A stretch of 64,000 nucleotides of DNA from Utricularia gibba (lineage: Eukaryota; Plantae; Magnoliophyta), in assembly GCA_002189035.1 (NCBI GenBank), contig CM007989.1:3286001-3350000 (forward strand), written 5' to 3'. Shown in pieces: positions 38,660 through 49,099 of this stretch. How positions within the stretch are numbered: the first letter of the stretch is position 1; every line of letters starts with the position of its first letter. Made by a program: the position numbers and the translations under genes. The notes beneath the pieces were generated by a model. The model had not been told where the DNA came from. It did not search any database and saw nothing but the letters and a program-made list of their open reading frames with translations.

Positions 38660-41600
38660 TCAATGATGTCGTCTAGTACATCATCCATCAACTCGCCATA
38701 CACCCGTAGATGGGGAGCCTTACACCTTTGTTTATTTCTCGGAACCGGTTGAAGCTCGGTGGCATCCGAGTTGCTACTGACTTCCACCCGCATATTCACG
38801 CAACTATTGAAGATAACTCCTTTGTTGTTCGATTGACCATGTGGCATGTTGTACACCACACTTGTCGGGACTGTCTTCATAGGTATTTCTTCATGCGGTT
38901 TAGCATTTTCTTTCTTCACTTCCACACGACTTTGGTGAGAAGTCTCACCAACTTCCTCATTACCCATGGAACTACAATAATCAGCAATATCTATGTTGGC
39001 CGTACATGGTTCCAGTGGTATGGGTGTTTCATCCTCCTCCATTTGAGGAGCCCTATCCTCATTTAAGACACCCTCTTTGCAATCTTTTTTCTTGTGGCCT
39101 TTCTTGCCACATGTGGAACATGATATCAGCCTACAAGTTACATTCAATCGACCATAAATCCAAAACCAATCCATACAAAAAAGACTGTGATGGACAAAAC
39201 CTGGAGGATCTGCGCTTTTGTGAATTAGATGGACGGATAGGTTTCCTACGCTTCCACTCAGGTAGAAGTAGCGGTAAGTCAGCCATACAAGGCCATTCTT
39301 CAACTCCCGGAAGCTTGAACACATCACTATCATACATTTTTTGATACGCCATACGTGTATATCTATTGTCTATGTATTCCACTAAAGTATGGCCCTCCAA
39401 AATAATAGCAACGGCCGCATGTTTGCAAGGTATACCTAAACAAACAATAGATAAAAATGCAAAACACATAATAGAACACAAAATATTCATACTAAAAAAT
39501 ACAATAAATATAATATGGATTCTTCTAACAAAACTACCAATAGAGTACAAAATAATCATATTAAAAAATACTAAACATATAACATCAATTCTTATAATAA
39601 ACCTAATGAAATATGTATACAAAAAAATACTACACATGTAACATCAATTCTTATAATAAAACAAGAGAAATAAAATAAAATATATACCTGTAATTTCCCA
39701 TGCTCTACAATCACAGAAATTGTTGGTCAACCAGACGGTGTATTTTTTTGTTCCCTCCGACCACCCGTAATTACCTCGATCACCAACATCCATATGCCCC
39801 TTTCTTCCATCTTCCAATGCTTGGCTTAGAATATTCTCAATTCTTGGACATAAATCTTCATGCCATCTTGATGCGTCTCAACGACGCTTAACAAACCAAT
39901 CACAAACCTTGTCGTTAATCCGTTCCAAAAGCTCGATTAGGTCCAACCTCCTAGCATCCTTGAGAGCTGAATTAAGGGACTCTGAGTTGTTGTTCGTCAA
40001 AATGGCGCACTTATTGCCTCGATCAAAAAATGCTCGACACCATTGAGATGGTGGGATGCTGTCCATATACTCATATGCTTTGGGATTACATTCATTAAGT
40101 GCATCCATAGCACGCCTAAACTGACCAGGCGTTGTAGCTCGAGCGGCAATCCACACATGGCCCTTCAAAACAGCCGTCAACTTCGCTGGAATACTTCTAG
40201 CAAGATTCTTGAGCAAATGCAAGACACAATGCCGGATCTGCAAAATACAATTTTTTATATATATGGCTCAATGCATTACCTTGACTTTCGGAAGTAAGTG
40301 TCTCAATACGGATAATATTGCTGGAGCTCTATCTGAAACTATGGTAAATGATTCTTGCGTCTCCTCCGAAATACCGTAGTCTTCGGCAAGCAATTTCATG
40401 AACCAAGTCCAAGCCATCAAAGTTTCACCACCAACAACACCCCATGCAAGAGGGAAAACGCCATTATTCGGATCCGAGGCCGTCGCCACTAGCACTTTCC
40501 CATTCAATTTACTCAATGTATGCGTTCCATCAACTCCAATCACATTATGACCACATATACGGAATCCATCTTTACAAGCCTGTAATTCACATATAAATCA
40601 AGCAAATACTAAAAAAAAAAAATCTAATATTATCCCATAATCCATCAACTCGTCATAACTAAATGTTAACTTATCATTACATAATTAATCAAATACACCT
40701 CTAGCATACAATGTTCAACAACAAACCAACCAAAAATATGTAACAAAAAACACTACAAATATAAAAACAAATCCACAAATATATAAAAAAAATTCTTCAA
40801 AAATGCATACCTTAGGACAAAAATAAACTCATTCACATATTTTACTTTTCCCATCTTCACCACCATCTACCTCCAATATTGCCATGGTAGCACCTTCATT
40901 CAATACCCGATATTGTTCACAATAACTTTGTAGGTGCTCGAAATCATTCTTCATACTTCCCATCGCCATCTTCCTTGCATTTTCTTTTGCTCTCCTCACC
41001 TTGTGAGTAGACACCTCCACATGCCAATCACGTTTTATATCCGTAAATAGATCCGCAACCTTCATCAATGGGCGATCAATGAGCCTATCCATGTACATCT
41101 TCCCAAGCCAACGCGCATTCACTGATTTGTTGCTCACATGTGGCCGACAATGGTCTCTATGTGGAGTAACTTCATAAACACTCCAAGTCATCATCGGTGT
41201 TACCTTCACATATACCTTCCACATGCATGTTACCCCTTCACTACCTCTACAACGAGCAATCAAACGGCGCTTATCATTCTTCTCAAACCAGAATTGGATT
41301 CCTTTCTGCACACAATATTCTTCAAGTGCATCTTTCGCCTCGGCTTTCGATTCAAAGATTATCCCTTCCCTATAAATAAAACATAATTTAAATACTAAAA
41401 ATAATAATAATACAACATAATCAAAAAAAATTATACTTACACAAGTTCTTGTATTCGAACACTACCGCTTTCCGTTCTAATAATGTTCAAAGGCCCTTCA
41501 CTTCTTTCATTTTGAGGAGCTTCCGATTGTATTCCTTCAGATATAGGAATTTTTAAAGCTTGCCCATAATCATCATTCTCGATAGGGAATTGGTCATCAA

Positions 41601-41661
41601 GAATCTCGTAGTCTTCTTCCTCACTTCCATAATCAAATTCGAAGTCGCTTTCATACTCCAT
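38660..41661 (-). pseudogene. MuDR/MURA-type transposase of the MULE, disabled by two in-frame stops
   Basis: MuDR N-domain (FESKAEAKDALEEY...CMWKV); MULE domain VIGVDGTH, FPLAWGVVGGET..AWTWFMKLL, FTIVSDR, RHCVLHL, NNSESLN (D-D-E present); SWIM CDCRAWEITG|IPCKHA; zinc knuckle CSTCGKKGHKKKDC. TGA at 40829-40831 and 39878-39880. Confidence 0.92.
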
Positions 41662-42489
41662 GCGAGTATCTATACCTACAATTGCCAATTAGGAAATCAA
41701 CAAAAAAATTAATGAGTACAACCTACACCTATTATTTTGATGAGACTAACAAGAAGAAAAGCAGAAGTCACATGGAAAATCTGGAAAAACATGTATACAA
41801 AGAACATACAACTGCCTTGATAGCATAATACAAAATATTACATAATCTAGTAGAACAAATAACACTAATCCATATAAAATTACATGTAAAAGGCACACAT
41901 TTAATACTCCCATAATGTGCAACATATTATGGAAGGACATATTATATATTAATCCACCTAAAGGTTATAAAACTAGGTGTTCTAAAATGTAAAAAAAATT
42001 CAAGCAAGTAATGACCCTAAAATATGATAGGAACGAACAAGTTAGGCTTTCATTAGTGTCCCTAACTTCTACTTCACTTTGCCTCAGCAAACAATCTCAG
42101 CAAAAATAAGCACCCTCATCTCTAGTGTAGGTGAATCCAAGTAGAAGAGAAATGACAGGGTAGAAAAATCAGGTATAAATGATATTTAACAGAAGAACAT
42201 AGAAATAACCAACCGATTTTTTGCACAAAAGTTCAACAATAGCAACCAGGTGAATAAGAAGCAAATACAATAATGCAAAGACTGGTATTATAAAGAAAAG
42301 GGGAATGAAGTGAAAAAAATTCACGAAACCCATACCTTAAGAGCAACTTCACGCCTTTCTGTTGTGTGGGAATCACTTCTCCCAATCTCTTTGCCTTCAC
42401 CCGTAAGAGGAGAAGAGGCTCATCCCCAATTCAATTTAGGGTCAAATATCAAAAGTAAAAAAAGGTCAAATATCAAATCACGTGTAAGC

Positions 42490-42706
42490 ATCGAGCGCTG
42501 ATAAAAAGGCCACACGGGCGTGGCTTATGCGTAAACCATGCCCGTGTGGCTTACAGGTTTATAGTGCTCGATCCAAATCACGCATAAGGATCGAGCGCTG
42601 ATAAAAAGGCCACACGGGCGTGGCTTATGCGTAAACCATGCCCGTGTGGCTTACAGGTTTATAGTGCTCGATCCAAATCACGCATAAGGATCGAGCGCTG
42701 ATAAAA
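42490..42706. repeat. Right-hand array of the same double-hairpin repeat (100-bp period, two units plus a partial)
   Basis: atcgagcgctgataaaa at 42490, 42590 and 42690; same stems as 36933-37487 and on the same strand. Confidence 0.93.
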
Positions 42707-42982
42707 CTGGGTTCAATTATGTAGGTCAAATATGTTAAACCGGTAAACTATTTGGGTCAAATATGCCAAAATTGAAATTTTATCAGGTTAAATTTATCAT
42801 TATTAAATGGGTGTGTTCTACAGTAACAAAAATCCGTAGGTCAAAAATGTCAATTAGTCAAAATTATGGGTCAAATATGCCTATTCATGAAACTTTATGG
42901 GCCCATTATGCCCCGTTATGAAAATTTCTAAGTCCGTTATATTCTAAACCCATAATTTTTAGGTCATATATGTAATTATCTC
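42700..42982 (-). repeat. Right subterminal array of inverted GGTCAAA(TAT) motifs
   Basis: ggtcaaatat near 42723, 42754 and 42869, ggtcaaaaat near 42839, ggtcatat near 42962; these are the reverse complement of the left-end motif. Confidence 0.75.
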
Positions 42983-45877
42983 CTGAAAATTCTATCTGTT
43001 GTAAGTTGGTCAAATTGGTGACTCCTGATGGGATGATTCCTATAATATTATTTGCTTTTATAGTGATAATCTGGAGCGCCTTCCATTCCCCTATAGTTTT
43101 GGGGAGTCCGCCAGCCAATCTATTATGATCTAAATAGAGAGTATTGAGTTGTGAAAAGGGAGAGCTCATGTCCGGAGGAATGGAGCCACTCAGCCTATTG
43201 TGTGACAAAGAGAGGAACTGTAATTGTGCACATGCAGAAATATTGGATGGTATCTCTCCTTCCAAGGAAATATTGTAATAGCAACTCCACAATTTTAGGA
43301 ATCCCAGAACATAGATGGGATGGGATGCAGCCAACGAAATTGTTAGCCGCCAAGCTCACACCTTGCAACTTGGATAAGTTGAAAACTGAACTGGGTATTA
43401 CTCCCTCCATCTGGTTAGAATAAAGTTCCAATCCCTCAAGCTTCGATGCATTCCCTATGGAATCAGGCAAGGAGCCGCTAAAGGAGTTATTACTGAGGCG
43501 TAGCTGCCGGAGATCACTCAAGAACCCGATCCATGGAGGAACTTCGCCACTCAGATCATTCCCGCCCAAGAGCAAGTATTGTAATTTGTGCAATCCAGAC
43601 CATTCCTGAGGCAAATTGCCATGAAAATGGTTTCCCGACATATCCAAAAACATGAGAAACGTGAGATTCCCCATTTCCGGGGGTAAACTCCCCCTTAACC
43701 CCATCTCACTAAGATTTAAACCAACAACTCTTCGATACGGAGAACCACAGATAACCCCTGTCCAAGTGCACACAGAGGAAGCACTAGGAATTGTAGTAGC
43801 ATTACCAAACCAGTTGAGTGACGAAGAGTCACCAAGTAACCGGGCTTTCAAGGCCAGGAGAGCCATTGCGTCCGACTGCAGATCAGTGTTTGAATAAGCA
43901 ACAAGAAAGAGGGACATCAGAAGGAAACAAAAACATGCGTTTGATATTGAGAAGCCTGCACCCATTTCTTCCGACAGTGGAATGAGGACACAGGAGAGGA
44001 GTTTGAGAAGGAAGATGGTGGTGATTAGTTCAGCTTCTTATGTGCCGTCACCTGGTTGCTTTATAGCAAGTATGCATGTAACCCGCGAACAGACAAACCA
44101 ATCCAATCCATAAAGCCGACTAACTCTTGGACTGGTGACTTTGACAGGATCAATCGATTCGACAAATACAGTTAAGTTAATCACATCACATGCCTAACCA
44201 CAAGTCGGGAAATCAACTTTCATTTTGAACAAGGGAAGTCTGATTCGATGGCCAAATGTTAAGCCGAAGTAGATATTCTACGACTCCATGAGATCAGCAC
44301 AATTAAGAGATCTTCATTAGCAGCATCGTCGTGCATGCTCCACGACAACCAGTAACATCAAAAACCAGGACTGTGTCTTCACACGGATAGACTTGACTAC
44401 TTGACCGCAAGTCTTCCCCATCCGTCTTCTACACGTCAGACTCTTTCGTGAAGGATTAGCATACATTGACTTGAGAGAGTGATGTGCACTCTGCAGTGAA
44501 GCATACTTGAAGGATTCAACTGAAATCAACGCTCAGGAAACCATGGCCCCTTATCTTATCGTTGAAAGATTCAATCTTGGCATCCCCATTATGATTATGT
44601 AATACGGCAACATCTATCACATAATTTAGGGGACTTTTTAATGCAAGAAAATAATAAAAGAAAATTGAATGGATTTCATGGAATATGATGGAGTATTGCA
44701 ACAGGCGGCCTCATTGGTTGAGTGCCCCCCTTGCCAAAAGTTTGTTTGCTGTATACCTCTATTTTTAAAAGTGTTTGAAAAATACCTCATGTTTTAATTT
44801 TTAATTATTTTTTTATCATAAATGTATTTCTATTGTTGTGCTTAAATATTTTTATTTCTTTATAGCTATTATCTCTAAGCATAATAAACTATTTAAAAAA
44901 TTAATTTCAAAATATACAAGATTAAATAATAAAATATTTGCATAGTGCATGACCATTTCTTGTGTATATTTTGATAAAATTAAAATGTAAAATTTTAATC
45001 AAATTATAGTATATTTTTACAATATTTAAATAATACATTTTCCTTATAAATATTTATTAGGTTTTTTTCAAAAATATTTTTCAATACATCATCACTTGTA
45101 CACTTAACAGTATATTTTTTTGATCAATGAACACAAGTAGTCTTTGTTAGTACATAAATTTACATATGAATTGTATTTATATAATATTGCTATACAAAAT
45201 ATGTAAAGAAACAATAAAACATGGTGATTAATATCCACAAAACAATTGAATGTTTTTTTGTGATATTTGGATTATCTAATATAAAATTATTAAACATTAT
45301 ATATTGTTTAAAAAAATTTATTCGTGTGATATTACTTATTATTAAAATAGAATAATAAAATAAAACTGTTTTCATTAATTAATTAAAAAATATTTTATGG
45401 TTGTCTTTAACAAATTTAATTGAAAATATAAATTACTGCTCATGATTGCTCGTAACCTCAGTTTGCTTCATCTTCACATAAAGACGAGAAGAACATAGCA
45501 GGGTGGCAATATGATTGGTCCACTAAATCTATAACCAGTTGGCATTTATCAGATCGATTGTGGCGTCATGAAGAAGAGGGGTGTTAACGGATTTCATGTT
45601 GAAAGCGAAATGGACAGCTGCTCAGGCAATGGAAGTAATGAGGTTAAATTATTGGTGGTATTTTAAGTTTTTGAATCTCTCATGTGTATGAGACGTTTTT
45701 AGAGTTTCGTACATTTTTCTTTAGATCCCACTGAAAAGTTTGAACTTGTAATATAAGAATGCCATTGTCTTTTTTATGAGCATTCCACTGAATTTTCCCA
45801 CTGCCAGATTATCAACAAAATCGATACTCTTTCTGAGATTTTACATTTGGATCTTTGAAATCTATGTAGATGCTCTC

Positions 45878-45921
45878 AAAAAAAAAAAAAAAAAAAAAAA
45901 AAGAGAGAGAGAGAGAGAGAG
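45878..45921. repeat. Poly(A) run followed by a (GA)n microsatellite
   Basis: A long A run directly followed by gagagagagagagagaga. Confidence 0.9.
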
Positions 45922-47079
45922 AAAAGTGAAAGAAATCCATGCGGATGAAGGGTATATAGCAAATGGAGATATGTGTCCGTGGTGATGGTAGCGTTATCTA
46001 CATATCTTCTGGATATGGGGACCCAACACAGGATTCCCAATGATCTCATTCTCAGTAGACTCACGGCTATCGTCTTCTCTTTTGCACTTATGAGTCCCTT
46101 TTCTTTGTGATTTGCATTCTTGCCCCTGAACATCATGAGAACCTGCTGAAATCATCCCTCACACAGTCAAGTGCTTGATACTAGTGTGCTGTGAAAAGGG
46201 GTGAAGCCGAAGATATAATTAACATAAAATTTCACAGAGCTGCTTCGTAATGAACATAAAAGAGCTGCCTTTATTCTGCTAGTGTTGAATCAAGGACTAA
46301 GGTGGAATTAGTGAAGTTTGTAGGCTAAGAAAGAAAAAATTAATGTGGTGGAGTTTATAAAAAAAATCTATTGGAAGTTCCCAAGTAACAGTATGACGGA
46401 AAGAGACTTGTTCCTTTCCCAGCAAAACTAGGAAAACAGCAAGTCCTAGATAAGAGTAGTTCAAAGATATGGTGAGTTCATCAGCTGCCTATCTTACTCT
46501 GCAACTTGCTTCATGGTTTAAATCCTTGATTCGTGCTTCTTTCACCTTTCTCTGCCTATCCATATCAGTTTGAAACTCTTTCTCTGCTTTCACCGATAAT
46601 TTTGCATTGTTAGCTGAAGCACTGCTCTTGTATGATTGTCTTACCTTAAAGAAGAGCTGATGGGTGTTGCTCTTGTGATATTTTTTGAGAAGTTTTGGTA
46701 GTGTCTCAGGCTTTTTATTGATGTTGATGATAAGTGCCACCAAGGTTGTTCATCAAGAGGCAAATTGTTTCCACTTTTCTGTGGTTCTTACAGCAGCAAG
46801 AGGGTACATTACATCGATTTTTCGTGAACTTCATTATGCGGTTCTTGAGTTTTCCTTTCACACCTTCCGTGGTTCTCTTCTCCTTCAACCTTTTCGTATA
46901 TGTAATCTGACATCAGGTCCACCCGGATGAGCTTAGTGGGATTTTCTGCTTGGATTGAAATCTATCATATTCTCCATTTAAGAGATTTGGCGCTCTTATC
47001 TAGCTTGTTTTTCATTTCGCATATATATTTATTCTTGTTCCTGCAGTGAACTCAAACCAGATAATATCAACGTGATTTC

Positions 47080-48335
47080 ATGGATCAAAGAGACTCTATT
47101 CCTTTAAATGTCTCAGCTTCATATTACTTGCATCCTGGCACCTCCGAATCCATCACAGGGCTGCAAAACCCAAGTGGCATTAGTCCATTATCGAATGCTC
47201 CTATGGATTTCCAATCAAGCCTGGGTGGCACTGTAAGCATGCCATCACTCCCTTTGGATACTTCAACAATGCCTGGTCATCCAGTTGCAGGTCCACCTTC
47301 AGGCATGCAACAAGCTGTGCCAGTGAGAAGAAAACGAGGAAGACCTCGAAAATACGGGCATGATGGGGGTGTTTCTTTGGCATTAAAACCTCCTGTATCA
47401 AACCTGACACCTACTCAAAAATGGAGAGGGAGACCATCAGGGTCCGGCCGTGAGGAACAATCCTATGATCCAGGTACCTTTTGCTCTGTAGTGGCTCCCT
47501 TTTCTTTTTCATCAGGAGCCTTGTTGTAAGGGGAACACAACAATCTACTTTTCATTTTGTATCTGACAAATATTTGCTACAAGCTAGGTGGATCCATGTT
47601 TAGTGGTGCAAGAACAATGACTCCACATATCATTAATGTGAATGCTGGAGAGGTATGTCTAGAGCACATTGGTATACAATGTGGATGTTTTCGTTTTCTT
47701 TTTTGTGGTCTTCTCATTATCATTCTTCCTGCAGGATATCAAGCAAAAAGTGCTGTCCATTTTACAAGGGAGAAAAGCAGTAGTACTATTATCAGCCTTC
47801 GGTTCTATCTCAGCTGCAAATATCAGAACTTCAAGCTCTTCTGAGAGCATCACATATGAGGTCTAAACTACATATATACTCTACAATTCCAATTGTATCA
47901 TCTTTTGTGACATCTTGCCAATCCTGTTGTAGGGACATTTTGACATTGTAAGCTTATCAGGATCATATGTTAACGATCTTGATGCCCCTCATGGACCTAT
48001 GACCGGTGGCCTGAACGTCAGTTTCACCGGTCCTGATGGCCGTCTCATCGGCGGCCCTGTTGATGAAGCTCTCATCGCCGCAAGTCCTGTTCAGGTACCA
48101 TGTTTCAGAACTGCTGCAAACTTGGAAGCATTATAATACTCACCCTGTGAATTCCCAGGTAGTTCTGGGAATCTTGCTACCTTCTTCTGGTGCAAAGCCT
48201 AGAACTAAAGCCCCCGACTACCCTGGAGCTTCAGGAGCTTTTGACCCTCAATTTGGTAGTTCATTAACTCCAGCTAACGTTCAGCAGCCTTCTCAGGATC
48301 TGGCTTCGATGGGTGGTTGGCAGAGTCCTCGATGA
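47080..48335 (+). CDS. AT-hook motif nuclear-localized protein (clade B, PPC/DUF296 domain), AHL9/AHL11-like; 5 exons
   Basis: AT-hooks RRKRGRPRKYG and RGRPSGSG; PPC exons MTPHIINVNAGE|DIKQKVLS...GSISAANI...TYE|GHFDIVSLSGSY...GGLNVSFTGPDGRLIGGPV...LIAASPVQ|VVLG. Confidence 0.9.
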
Positions 48336-48656
48336 GTAGCTTGGTGCACCCAAACCTCTGATCGTGTAACTTGCTGCTACAGCTAACACTGGCTCACAAA
48401 ACTCTTATTTGTTCTTGCCGATAGATGTCACAGCTTACTTCAATCCGGTGTAAAGCAGCAGGCTTCAACATTCTTGCATTTTACTGTGGTGTAACGCAGA
48501 GTAAAGCATTTCAAGATACTTCTACCATTGCGTTACTTTGATTCAAGGATCCACAGGGGAATTTTCACAAGCACCTAATAGAACAGAAACGAGAAACTAC
48601 TTGAGAACGCGACACACCACTCGGTGTCAGCTTATTCTAGAAACAGCAAACGCACC

Positions 48657-48884
48657 CTAGTCCATCAAACCGTGGAGCGCGGACAAGGCAGCGATTTCTT
48701 GAGCCTCTTTCTTAGTAGTGAACTCGTTCGCAGTGGAGTAGGTTTCTCCCTTCACAGTGACGGTGGAAGTGTAGACCGGCCGATGGCTGGGTCCCTCCTT
48801 CACGGTGGTCGTGTACACCGGCTCATCCCCCGGCCCGAACTTGCGGTTGCAATAATCCTTCAGCTCCTTCCTGTATGACGACAT
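48657..48884 (-). CDS. Intronless 75-aa protein consisting of one double-stranded-RNA-binding domain
   Basis: MSSYRKELKDYC...PVYTTTVKEGPSHRPVYTSTVTVKGETY...FTTKKEAQEIAALSAL follows the dsRBM pattern of plant DRB/HYL1 domains. Four site-II motifs (TGGGCY) lie at 48963-49054, directly upstream. Confidence 0.75.
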   Translation of the reverse strand: MSSYRKELKDYCNRKFGPGDEPVYTTTVKEGPSHRPVYTSTVTVKGETYSTANEFTTKKEAQEIAALSALHGLMD

Positions 48885-49099
48885 TGCTCACTATCTCAGA
48901 TCAAAGTATCAAACTACTCCTCGCTTCCAGTCAAGGGTTTTGAAGCGGCCTGTACACTATGTTGGGCCTGGGCCGTACCGAACTCCAGGACATTTTCAGC
49001 GTACGGCTCAAAATTGCGTGTATAAGATGCATGATGAGCCCAATTCCTGGCCCAGTTCGTGATACTTAAAATTGAAAATGAATAAATAAAAAAAAGAAA

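Larger units (their letters stand above)
36133..42982 (-). mobile_element. Mutator-like element (MULE), 6850 bp, degenerate TIRs, 10-bp TSD ctgaaaattc, carrying a decayed transposase-ULP protease gene
   Basis: TSD at 36123-36132 and 42983-42992. The termini align loosely when inverted (ggggtgttgtcatttgtgacctaaaa vs gagataattacatatatgacctaaaa). Internal MuDR, MULE, SWIM and CCHC domains. Confidence 0.93.
33579..43965 (-). pseudogene. LRR-RLK XII, copy 3, interrupted in exon 1 by a MULE and frameshifted at ~43270
   Basis: 5' part 42983-43965 (signal peptide, LRRNT, LRRs); 3' part 33579-36132 (LRRs, TM, non-RD kinase). Removing 36133-42982 and one TSD restores NLTNLQQIEFSENKITG, against NLTNVQTIDFSKNKITG in copy 2. 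Confidence 0.88.
28490..45065. repeat. Tandem duplication of a ~4.8-4.9-kb unit (LRR-RLK gene plus ~1 kb upstream): unit 1 ~28490-33290, unit 2 ~33295-45065 including the MULE insertion
   Basis: The non-coding flanks are collinear: 28490-28630 with 33295-33420, and 32250-33290 with 43965-45065. Boundaries are approximate. Confidence 0.8.

Noticed and set aside
39344-39700. 91-168-aa ORFs rich in I/K/F/Y inside the MULE
   Set aside because: They derive from an AT-rich low-complexity intron between the two halves of the SWIM domain; no evidence of a third (VANC-like) gene.
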